This document shows, piece by piece, positions 9,450-17,620 of a DNA stretch of 32,000 nt (position 1 is the first letter of the stretch; each line of letters begins with the position of its first letter). Origin of the DNA: Alphaproteobacteria bacterium (GTDB lineage: Bacteria > Pseudomonadota > Alphaproteobacteria > Rs-D84). Below the pieces are notes generated by a model. The model made no database searches. It saw nothing but the letters and a program-made list of their open reading frames with translations, and was not told the DNA's origin. The stretch lies in the NCBI GenBank assembly GCA_009784235.1, contig WRCC01000002.1:181346-213345 (forward strand), read 5' to 3'. The translations under genes and the position numbers were made by a program.

Positions 9450-9479
9450 TAAGTTCTCCTCCAAAGGAGGAGAACTTAT
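9449..9479. terminator. 14-bp perfect hairpin between convergent genes (no clear U-tract)
   Basis: ataagttctcctcc-aaa-ggaggagaacttat. It contains the last base of the RNHCP stop codon and the stop of the pseudouridine synthase gene. Confidence 0.4.
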
Positions 9480-10270
9480 ACCGAGCCAGCTTGCAATGAC
9501 AGCACTTCTTTTTCTGATAATTCACGGTATTTTCCGATTGGCAAATCGCCCAGCTGGATGGGACCATAAGATTCACGGCGTAATTTTGATACCGGCAATC
9601 CGATATAATCAAATGCGATTCTGATTTCGTTTTTTTTTCCCTCGCGCAAAACTATTTTTACCGATAATGGATATCGCGAAATCAATTCAATTTCCATCGG
9701 CGCATACTTTACGCCATCAATGGTTACACCGCGGCGCAGTGGGTCGAAGATAGCGTCATCCGCCGATAATGGTGACAGGAAATCGCGAAGCGCGCGTGCG
9801 CGTGATGGTGATTTTATATCTGCGACATTTGCCGCGCGCAATTTCGCGACGTATGTTCGTTTTATCCCGGCCAATGGCAATGTTAATTCACGCGCCAATG
9901 CGCCATCATTCGTTATCAAAAGCAATCCGGTTGTTTTATAATCCAATCGTCCAACATATTTAAAATTTTTATATTTCGCAGGCAATGCATCATAGACAGT
10001 TTCGCGGCCATTCGGGTCACGCGCAGTTGTCATAGTATTGATTGGTTTGTGGAAAGCGATAACGGTCGGGAGTCTGGAATCGGGAGTCTGGAATCGTAAA
10101 ATTTGTTTTCCGTTTATGGTAACTTTGTCATTTTCTTCTATAAAAAACACAGGCGTGTCGATGACGATTCCGTTCACGGAAATTGCACCGGATTCGACAA
10201 GGCGTTCCGCTTCACGACGCGATGCGAATCCGTTATCCGCGATAAATTTTGCAATACGTACTTTAACCAT
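9476..10270 (-). CDS. RluB/RsuA-family rRNA pseudouridine synthase with N-terminal S4 domain
   Basis: S4 domain (RIAKFIADNGFASRREAERLVESGAISVNG) and catalytic motif GRLDYKTTGLLLITNDG. The start overlaps the virD4 stop (ATGGTTAA). Confidence 0.88.
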   Translation of the reverse strand: MVKVRIAKFIADNGFASRREAERLVESGAISVNGIVIDTPVFFIEENDKVTINGKQILRFQTPDSRLPTVIAFHKPINTMTTARDPNGRETVYDALPAKYKNFKYVGRLDYKTTGLLLITNDGALARELTLPLAGIKRTYVAKLRAANVADIKSPSRARALRDFLSPLSADDAIFDPLRRGVTIDGVKYAPMEIELISRYPLSVKIVLREGKKNEIRIAFDYIGLPVSKLRRESYGPIQLGDLPIGKYRELSEKEVLSLQAGSV

Positions 10271-12446
10271 TCGGCATCTTTACTTCACCCGGATGGCCCA
10301 TTGCTTTGTGGTGTGACGGGATTAAGAATTCGGGCAATGGCGATGCCATCGGAATTGCTTTTTTCTTCATCATACTTTCGTCTTCGTATGCACGATGTTG
10401 GTCCAATTCTATTGGTCGATTATTATATCCTTGCAATATAACCAGCTGCTTTTTCGAATCCAGCTTTAATATATCCATTGGCGAATAAAGGGCACCTTTG
10501 TTTTTCGTATCTTCTGATTCTTTGCCTTTATCGTCCTTTTTGGTTTCTTTCATAATCTTTTCACCCATCAAACGTGAAAACTTTTCCGCTGTATCCCAAT
10601 CGTTTTGACGCATTACGATTTTCGCGGCCGTTGTGGACATAATCGTTGCCGCCGCATCCGCACCGTATTTTTCCTGAATCTGGTGAATGTCCTGGCCGAT
10701 AATCAGGTACGACACTTTACATCCGCGGCCCAGGTCGGGTCCTTGGATAACGGCCTCTAGCTTTTGCATTTTTGGCATTTCGTCCAAGACGAACAAGACC
10801 GGGCACGGACCCAATTTTTGTCCGGCGTGCATGGCATCCGGAACATTGGCCAACAGGAACGAAGACATCAATTCCACGAATATCGCCGTAATTGGATTCA
10901 ATGCCGCCGCATCGACCAGGTTAATGGACAGATAAACAGACACCGGTTCCCATTTGCCAGTTTTTGCATTTTTTACACCGCGCAAATCGCTGAAATGAAA
11001 ATCGGAATGGGATGTACGATTGCGCACGGCCGCATTTCGGAAAATGCCCAGGCCGGCCATAACGGTGGATAATATAGACCCGCGTTCCTTGTCCGGAGTA
11101 TTCGCCAATTGTGTTAATTCTTGGACCGCGCGATGGGCGTAATTATATTGCCGCGCTTCTTCGACTGCATCAATGAACAAGTCTTTCATCGGGTCGGCCA
11201 TCATTACCATTTGGTCGCCGGCTTTGCGACGTGCTTCCATATCTTCGGCGATGCGAACTTGGTTACTGGTTATCCAGTCGAGTATCAACGATAACGATGC
11301 TTCTTTGCCAACCCATCCCGGCGGTACGGTTGCCCATGTTCCAACACGCACATAATTCATTGATGATAGTTGGCCTGCGGCCAACATGTGACGTGCTGCT
11401 TCGGCATTTGGGTCATTCATGCCGACGTAATAAGTGTCCAGCAATGCCGCATCATCCCCATCAAATGTTCCGGTATCCAAACGGTGTTTAAAATATTCGT
11501 CTGCCTTGGCGCGTTCGACTTTGGATACAATAAATTGAACCAATCCGGACAAAGCCGCACGGCCCGATATTGTCCAGTGCGGGTCGGCTGTGCTTGACGC
11601 CTTGTCCGCAATCAGCACCGCGCATATTGAATCAATATACAGGTCGCGTTTTTCCTGTAAAAACGGGACATGTTCTGGGGATAATGGATTCCAAGACGGA
11701 TAATATACGCCGCGCGCCGGGTCGTCTTGACCCGCCCAGTTCATGATAAATACCGGCCCAATTTTTGAACGATATCCGGATGTGTCTTTGTCCAATTCCG
11801 GTTTTGGGTCATTGATAATCATGGACACCGTATCGCATTCGAATATTGTCGGAATAACGACTGCCTGGGTTTTACCGGTTCCGGGCGGCGCCACGCACAG
11901 GGTTGACAGGGTTTCGTTCAGCATTAATGGTTTTTTCTTCCAGAACCCAAGTACCGTGACGAATCCTTTGAACAAGCCCATTTTCTTGATATCTTCTTCT
12001 TCGGCTTTGCGCGATGAAGATGCATCGTATTTATCCGTGCCGTGCGGATTGAATTCTTTCAGATAATCTTCGTATGTAATCAGCGCATAAGCAATTATTG
12101 GCAACAGCGGTGCAATCGACGGTATATCCGGACGCAAAGCTGTACGCGTAATCCATGCTGGAATTTCGGCAAAAATCGATAATCCGCCGGACGACCACAT
12201 TGCGTTAAAATAAGCCGCCATCCATTTCGCGGTTGCGGGTGACCATCCATATCGCCATAAATGTTCAACTGCGAACGCAGCACCAACGGCCAAAAAGGTC
12301 ACAATCCATGCGGCGAAAATCCACCGCATGCGCCAGAAAAACTGGGCCATAGGCTTGCGCTCGTGCTCTTTATACTTGTCGGATTTGAATATTCCGAAGC
12401 CCTTGCCCTTGCCAGATATGGATAAAATGTTGAACTTTTCAGCCAT
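10263..12446 (-). CDS. virD4: type IV secretion coupling protein (VirD4/TraG family)
   Basis: N-terminal TM helices, Walker A VAPPGTGKTQAVVIPT, Walker B-like VLFVLDEMP, and overall TraG/VirD4 architecture at 727 aa. Confidence 0.9.
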   Translation of the reverse strand: MAEKFNILSISGKGKGFGIFKSDKYKEHERKPMAQFFWRMRWIFAAWIVTFLAVGAAFAVEHLWRYGWSPATAKWMAAYFNAMWSSGGLSIFAEIPAWITRTALRPDIPSIAPLLPIIAYALITYEDYLKEFNPHGTDKYDASSSRKAEEEDIKKMGLFKGFVTVLGFWKKKPLMLNETLSTLCVAPPGTGKTQAVVIPTIFECDTVSMIINDPKPELDKDTSGYRSKIGPVFIMNWAGQDDPARGVYYPSWNPLSPEHVPFLQEKRDLYIDSICAVLIADKASSTADPHWTISGRAALSGLVQFIVSKVERAKADEYFKHRLDTGTFDGDDAALLDTYYVGMNDPNAEAARHMLAAGQLSSMNYVRVGTWATVPPGWVGKEASLSLILDWITSNQVRIAEDMEARRKAGDQMVMMADPMKDLFIDAVEEARQYNYAHRAVQELTQLANTPDKERGSILSTVMAGLGIFRNAAVRNRTSHSDFHFSDLRGVKNAKTGKWEPVSVYLSINLVDAAALNPITAIFVELMSSFLLANVPDAMHAGQKLGPCPVLFVLDEMPKMQKLEAVIQGPDLGRGCKVSYLIIGQDIHQIQEKYGADAAATIMSTTAAKIVMRQNDWDTAEKFSRLMGEKIMKETKKDDKGKESEDTKNKGALYSPMDILKLDSKKQLVILQGYNNRPIELDQHRAYEDESMMKKKAIPMASPLPEFLIPSHHKAMGHPGEVKMPNG

Positions 12447-12469
12447 TATGTTTATGATTATATCATAAC

Positions 12470-12502
12470 AACTAGGAACTAAGAACTAAAAACTAAGAAC
12501 TT
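12470..12502. repeat. heptamer tandem array (AACTAAG-type, about 4.7 units)
   Basis: aactagg aactaag aactaaa aactaag aactt. An 18-nt core (12476-12493) is a perfect inverted copy of 12785-12802. Confidence 0.9.
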
Positions 12503-12503
12503 A

Positions 12504-12587
12504 TTAACTGGATTGCATCAAAGCTGCGCTCCTCGCAATGACAACAGTGTTTTTGTCATTGCGAGCGTAGCGAAGCAATCCAGTTAA
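12504..12587. repeat. 84-bp imperfect palindromic element (RPE/MITE-like)
   Basis: Terminal 13-bp inverted repeats ttaactggattgc / gcaatccagttaa and inner 13-bp arms ctcgcaatgacaa / ttgtcattgcgag. It contains the gtcattgcgag...gcaatccag motif that I recall from dispersed palindromic repeats in other bacteria. Confidence 0.8.
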
Positions 12588-12614
12588 ATTAATCGCGAGC
12601 AAAGCGAGCACAAA

Positions 12615-13382
12615 ATGAAGAATATTCCAAGAATTTACATTAATGAAAATCTAGAAATCGGGCGGACTTATCCAATGTCGCGCGACCATGCGCATTATCT
12701 GAAAAAAGTAATGCGAACGGATAAATTTATAGTATTTAATAATGGCCAAGAATTTAATGCCGAAGCATCAGTTCTTAGTTCTTCGTTTTTAGTTCTTAGT
12801 TCAAGCGAACGTCCCGACCCATCAAACAACATTACATTGGCATTTGCGCCGATAAAGCAGTCGCGGCTGGAAGAGATGGTAAATATGGCGACGCAATTGG
12901 GCGTGGCGCGATTGCAACCGATTATAACGGAACGCACAACCGCGAAACATATAAACTGGGACCGGATTCGAAAAATTATTATCGAAGCCGCGGAACAATC
13001 GAATAGGAATTCAGTTCCGGAATTGGCCGCGCCGGTGAAATTCGTTGATTTTGTAAAAAATAATAAGAATATAGTGTTTGGGGATGAGAGGCTTGTCTCC
13101 CCCTCCTTGAGGGGGAGTGTCGGCAAAGCCGACGAGGGGGAGCTCCCCCCAGTCGTCGTTCCGGCGACAGCCCCCCGACCCGGGGCCCCCGCGCAATCAA
13201 AGATTGCGTGGGGTGGGCAGGAGGGGGGCACACTCCTAATCGGGCCCGAAGGTGGATTTTCGCAACCTGAATTCGATGCGCTGGATGCCGTTGGTGCGAC
13301 AGGAATCAGTCTGGGTGCCACAATATTACGTGCAGAAACAGCGGCGGCGATTGCAATTGCCAAGGCAATTACAAGTCCATAG
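12615..13382 (+). CDS. rsmE: 16S rRNA (uracil1498-N3)-methyltransferase RsmE, carrying in-frame repeat insertions
   Basis: RIYINENL N-terminus, AFAPIKQSRLEEMVNMATQLGV, IIEAAEQSNRNSVPEL, LLIGPEGGFSQPE and ISLGATILRAETAA motifs of the RsmE/SPOUT family. Confidence 0.88.
   Translation: MKNIPRIYINENLEIGRTYPMSRDHAHYLKKVMRTDKFIVFNNGQEFNAEASVLSSSFLVLSSSERPDPSNNITLAFAPIKQSRLEEMVNMATQLGVARLQPIITERTTAKHINWDRIRKIIIEAAEQSNRNSVPELAAPVKFVDFVKNNKNIVFGDERLVSPSLRGSVGKADEGELPPVVVPATAPRPGAPAQSKIAWGGQEGGTLLIGPEGGFSQPEFDALDAVGATGISLGATILRAETAAAIAIAKAITSP
12770..12802. repeat. heptamer tandem array (AGTTCTT-type), inverted copy of 12470-12502, inside rsmE
   Basis: agttctt agttctt cgttttt agttctt agttc; translated in frame as SVLSSSFLVLSS. 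Confidence 0.9.
13091..13230. repeat. GC-rich multi-hairpin block inserted in frame in rsmE
   Basis: Hand count gives 100 G+C of 140 nt (71%), versus 8 of 40 (20%) for 13041-13080. Consecutive palindromes at 13097-13117, 13119-13133, 13136-13149, 13152-13168 and 13187-13213. Confidence 0.85.
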
Positions 13383-13404
13383 CCCATAGCAAAAAGCCCA
13401 TAGT
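13374..13404. repeat. heptamer array (CCCATAG-type) overlapping the rsmE stop codon
   Basis: agtccatag cccatag caaaaag cccatag t. The 16-nt stretch 13374-13389 is a perfect inverted copy of 13455-13470. Confidence 0.85.
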
Positions 13405-13413
13405 TGGTTTTCC

Positions 13414-13441
13414 TTGATTTTCATCATTTTTGGGTTATAGT
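13414..13441 (+). promoter_or_regulatory. candidate sigma-70 promoter for mreB
   Basis: TTGATT (13414-13419), 16-nt spacer, TATAGT (13436-13441). It lies between the two inverted CCCATAG arrays. Confidence 0.3.
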
Positions 13442-13452
13442 CGTGACGAATT

Positions 13453-13487
13453 GACTATGGGCTATGGACTGTTGACTATGGACTCAT
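13453..13487. repeat. heptamer array (CTATGG-type), inverted partner of 13374-13404
   Basis: gactatgg gctatgg actgttg actatgg actc. Confidence 0.85.
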
Positions 13488-13489
13488 AA

Positions 13490-14554
<1,065 letters not shown>

Positions 14555-14582
14555 AAAATCCGGCAAACGCCGGATTTTTTAA
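14555..14582. terminator. intrinsic terminator
   Basis: aaaaaatccggc-aaac-gccggatttttt. Confidence 0.8.
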
Positions 14583-14639
14583 TATTGCCAAAGCGGTTTT
14601 TATTTCCTATTATTGGCGTACGAAAAAAAAGGATGCGGC

Positions 14640-14840
14640 ATGGAAAATAAAATCCCTGAATTAACATTTGAACAAGCGCTTGCGCAATTACAAGAATTGG
14701 TTAAAAAGATGGAATCTGGTGCGTTGCCACTTGCCGATTCTGTGGCGGCGTATGATACCGGTATGAAGCTGAAAACTTATTTGGAACAGATGTTGAAAGA
14801 AGCGGAATTAAAAATCGAACAGTTAAAAGTTAATGAATAG
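14640..14840 (+). CDS. xseB: exodeoxyribonuclease VII small subunit
   Basis: LTFEQALAQLQELVKKMESGALPLADSVAAYDTGMKL is the XseB signature. ATG 14640 is preceded by AAGGA; the ORF-track TTG at 14613 is less likely. Confidence 0.88.
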   Translation: MENKIPELTFEQALAQLQELVKKMESGALPLADSVAAYDTGMKLKTYLEQMLKEAELKIEQLKVNE

Positions 14841-14842
14841 TT

Positions 14843-17344
14843 ATGGCTGAAAAAAATAAACTCACACCCGTTATGCAGCAATACGTCGATATGAAAACGG
14901 AATGTCCGGATGCCGTTTTGCTGTTTCGTTTGGGTGATTTTTATGAATGCTTTTTTGACGATGCATGCATCGCGTCACGCGCGCTGGAATTGGTATTGAC
15001 CAAGCGCGGTTTGGATGCAAATGGTAATGAGATTCCAATGTGCGGCATACCATGGCATGCATCGGAAAATTATATGGCAAGGTTGGTGCGCGCCGGATAT
15101 TCGGTTGCAATTGCCGAACAAATGGAAACGCCAGAAATGGCCAAAGCCGCGGGCCGCAAACAAATCGAACGAAAAATCGTTCGCGTTTTAACACCAGGCA
15201 CATTGACGGATGAAAATTTATTGTCGCCAAAGAAAAGTAATTTTTTGGTTGCCATTTTTCCAAACCAAATAAATCATAAGTTTGATATCGCCGGATGCGA
15301 TATTTCAACGGGTGAATTTTTTATTGGCGAACTGTTTGATAATTTATTCGACGAATTGGTTCGATTAAATCCAGCAGAAATTATTTATCCGGAATCTGCG
15401 GCAGAGACGCCCGGCATAAAACGCATTCGTGGCGCATTCCGCACGACACCGGTATATGACCGTATTTTTGAACGCAGCGATATTACAAATACAGTGCGTG
15501 AAATTTTCAATCTGGAATACACGCAAATAAATCCATCAATACATTTGTTGGCCGGGTATCTGGAATCGACCCAGCGCGGCGCACGTCCGGCGTTCCGCGC
15601 GCCATATCGATTGGGCGGCGGAATGCGTTTATTAATTGATGCGGCAACGTGGCGGTCTTTGGAAATCGATGAACCCGTTTCGCCCGGCGGTGCGACATTG
15701 CTGGATGTTATTGATAAAACGCGCACGGCGGCGGGCGCGCGAAAATTACGCGCATATCTTCGCGAATTATCCGGCGATATTGGTGAAATCCGCGCGCGCC
15801 AGGAACATATCGGACATCTGTTGTTGAACAGCGATGTTGCGGCCGCGTTGCGTACTTTGTTATCACGCGTTCCGGATATTGGTCGTGCTTTGTCGCGATT
15901 ATCTACGAACCGCGGTACGCCGCGTGATTTTCGCGGTGTGGCGGATTTTATTTCGTCGTTGCCCAATGTAAAATCAGTCGGTGCAAAATTGGATGCGAAA
16001 TTGGCGGCAGATTTTGGGAAAATCGAAACGCACGATAATATTGGCGCGGAATTGCGGAATGCTTTGGCCGATAATCTGCCCGTATTTTTTCGCGATGGCG
16101 GCGTTGTGCGCGATGGGTTTGATACCGCGCTGGACCATATGCGCGGATTGGCCCATGGTGCACGTGAAATTATCGCGTCAATGCAATCTGAATATTCGGG
16201 TGCGACTGGTATCGCAACACTGAAAATAAAATATAATAATATTTTGGGTTATCATATCGAAGTTCCATCCAAACAAGCCGATAAATTATTCGCGCCCGAT
16301 TCCGGATTTATTCATCGTCAGACAATGGCGGGTAATGTTCGTTTCACGACCGCGCGCCTGGTCGAATTGGATAACGAAGTCCGCGGTGCCGCCGACCGCG
16401 CCGCCGGAATTGAATCTGAAATAATCGGGCGCTTGATTGAAAATGTGAAAAATATTTCTGCGTCTTTGGTTCATACGGCGGATTTATTGGCTGCGGCGGA
16501 CGTGTGGTCTGCATTGGCAGATGCCGCCGAAGAATACAAATGGGTGCGGCCGCGCGTTACGGATTGCTGCGGCTTTGACGTGACCGGTGGTCGCCATCCG
16601 GTTGTGGAAGATATTTTGCGAAAGCACGCGACAAAATTTGTTAAAAATGATTGCGTATTGGGCAACGATAAAAATATTGCATTGCTGACCGGGCCGAATA
16701 TGGCGGGTAAATCGACGTATCTGCGCCAGAACGCATTGATTGTAATATTGGCGCATTTGGGTTCTTTTGTTCCGGCGGATGCCGCGACGATTGGCGTTTG
16801 TGACCAGTTGTTCAGTCGCGTCGGCGCATCAGACAATCTGGCCGCCGGGCAATCCACATTCATGGTCGAAATGACTGAAACAGCGAATATATTAAATCGC
16901 GCAACCGAAAAGTCTTTTATAATTTTCGATGAAATCGGACGTGGAACGGCGACATTTGATGGATTATCGATTGCGTGGGCCGTGTTGGAATTCCTGGATA
17001 AATTGGCACCGCGCGCATTGTTCGCGACGCATTATCATGAATTGACCGCATTGACGCTGGGCAGGGTGAAATCATTGACTGTCGAAGTTAAAGAGCATAA
17101 CAATGAAATAATATTTATGCACAAAGTTATTCCGGGCGCGGCAACATCGTCGTACGGAATACATGTTGCAAAAATGGCCGGCATGCCGGAATCGGTGGTG
17201 CGGCGGGCAGAAGAAGTTTTGGGAACGTTGGAAAATGGTAATATAGGGGCGCATACTTGCGCCCCTATACCACAGGTCGTCCCAGACCCATCAACAAAAA
17301 TCTCCGAACCCGCACCGAATAAACCGCTGTCTCTGTTCGGATAA
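14843..17344 (+). CDS. mutS: DNA mismatch repair protein MutS
   Basis: TPVMQQYVDMK...LLFRLGDFYECFFDDA mismatch-binding N-terminus, Walker A GPNMAGKSTYLRQ, STFMVEM, DEIGRGT and THYHEL. Confidence 0.95.
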   Translation: MAEKNKLTPVMQQYVDMKTECPDAVLLFRLGDFYECFFDDACIASRALELVLTKRGLDANGNEIPMCGIPWHASENYMARLVRAGYSVAIAEQMETPEMAKAAGRKQIERKIVRVLTPGTLTDENLLSPKKSNFLVAIFPNQINHKFDIAGCDISTGEFFIGELFDNLFDELVRLNPAEIIYPESAAETPGIKRIRGAFRTTPVYDRIFERSDITNTVREIFNLEYTQINPSIHLLAGYLESTQRGARPAFRAPYRLGGGMRLLIDAATWRSLEIDEPVSPGGATLLDVIDKTRTAAGARKLRAYLRELSGDIGEIRARQEHIGHLLLNSDVAAALRTLLSRVPDIGRALSRLSTNRGTPRDFRGVADFISSLPNVKSVGAKLDAKLAADFGKIETHDNIGAELRNALADNLPVFFRDGGVVRDGFDTALDHMRGLAHGAREIIASMQSEYSGATGIATLKIKYNNILGYHIEVPSKQADKLFAPDSGFIHRQTMAGNVRFTTARLVELDNEVRGAADRAAGIESEIIGRLIENVKNISASLVHTADLLAAADVWSALADAAEEYKWVRPRVTDCCGFDVTGGRHPVVEDILRKHATKFVKNDCVLGNDKNIALLTGPNMAGKSTYLRQNALIVILAHLGSFVPADAATIGVCDQLFSRVGASDNLAAGQSTFMVEMTETANILNRATEKSFIIFDEIGRGTATFDGLSIAWAVLEFLDKLAPRALFATHYHELTALTLGRVKSLTVEVKEHNNEIIFMHKVIPGAATSSYGIHVAKMAGMPESVVRRAEEVLGTLENGNIGAHTCAPIPQVVPDPSTKISEPAPNKPLSLFG

Positions 17345-17345
17345 C

Positions 17346-17374
17346 TTGATTTTTCAAAATTCATGGTTTATAAT
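17346..17374 (+). promoter_or_regulatory. near-consensus sigma-70 promoter for tRNA-Ser
   Basis: TTGATT (17346-17351), 17-nt spacer, TATAAT (17369-17374), ending 9 nt before the tRNA 5' end. It starts 2 nt after the mutS stop. Confidence 0.55.
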
Positions 17375-17383
17375 CGCCCAGCT

Positions 17384-17474
17384 GGACAGGTGGCGGAGCT
17401 GGTTGAACGTACCGCACTCGAAATGCGGCATACTCGCAAGGGTATCGTGGGTTCGAATCCCACCCTGTCCGCCA
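17384..17474 (+). tRNA. tRNA-Ser (anticodon CGA) with encoded CCA
   Basis: Acceptor GGACAGG/CCTGTCC, anticodon stem CCGCA/TGCGG with loop CTCGAAA (CGA), long variable arm, T-arm GTGGG-TTCGAAT-CCCAC, discriminator G, CCA. Confidence 0.93.
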
Positions 17475-17475
17475 G

Positions 17476-17514
17476 AATTTACTTTTACAATCCGCAGGAT
17501 TGTAAAAGTAAATT
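17476..17514. other. 18-bp perfect inverted repeat hairpin immediately 3' of tRNA-Ser
   Basis: aatttacttttacaatcc-gca-ggattgtaaaagtaaatt. No T-tract follows it. The right arm resembles the sequence that follows the second tRNA-3'-end copy. Confidence 0.7.
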
Positions 17515-17620
17515 ATAACTGGGCTCGGGATGAGAACCAGTGGGTTCGATCCGAGTATGCGAGAACGAGCATAGTGAAGTTCAAGCAACTACGAGGATAC
17601 GCGCAAGCCCGAAGGGCGAG

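Noticed and set aside
10263-12446. virD4 as a marker of an integrated conjugative element or plasmid segment
   Set aside because: No relaxase, integrase, partition or other transfer genes are present. No flanking direct repeats are visible, and the neighbours are core genes with tight operonic coupling.
12695-13387. 230-aa minus-strand ORF opposite rsmE
   Set aside because: It is a shadow of rsmE, kept open partly by the GC-rich insert. The plus-strand frame carries the RsmE motifs.
12470-13487. Could the short repeat arrays be a CRISPR array?
   Set aside because: The units are 7 nt and directly abutting with no spacers, some are translated, and no cas genes are present.
15385-15966. 193-aa minus-strand ORF inside mutS
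   Set aside because: It is antisense to conserved MutS domains, and its Arg/Ser/Pro-rich translation is typical of an antisense reading.
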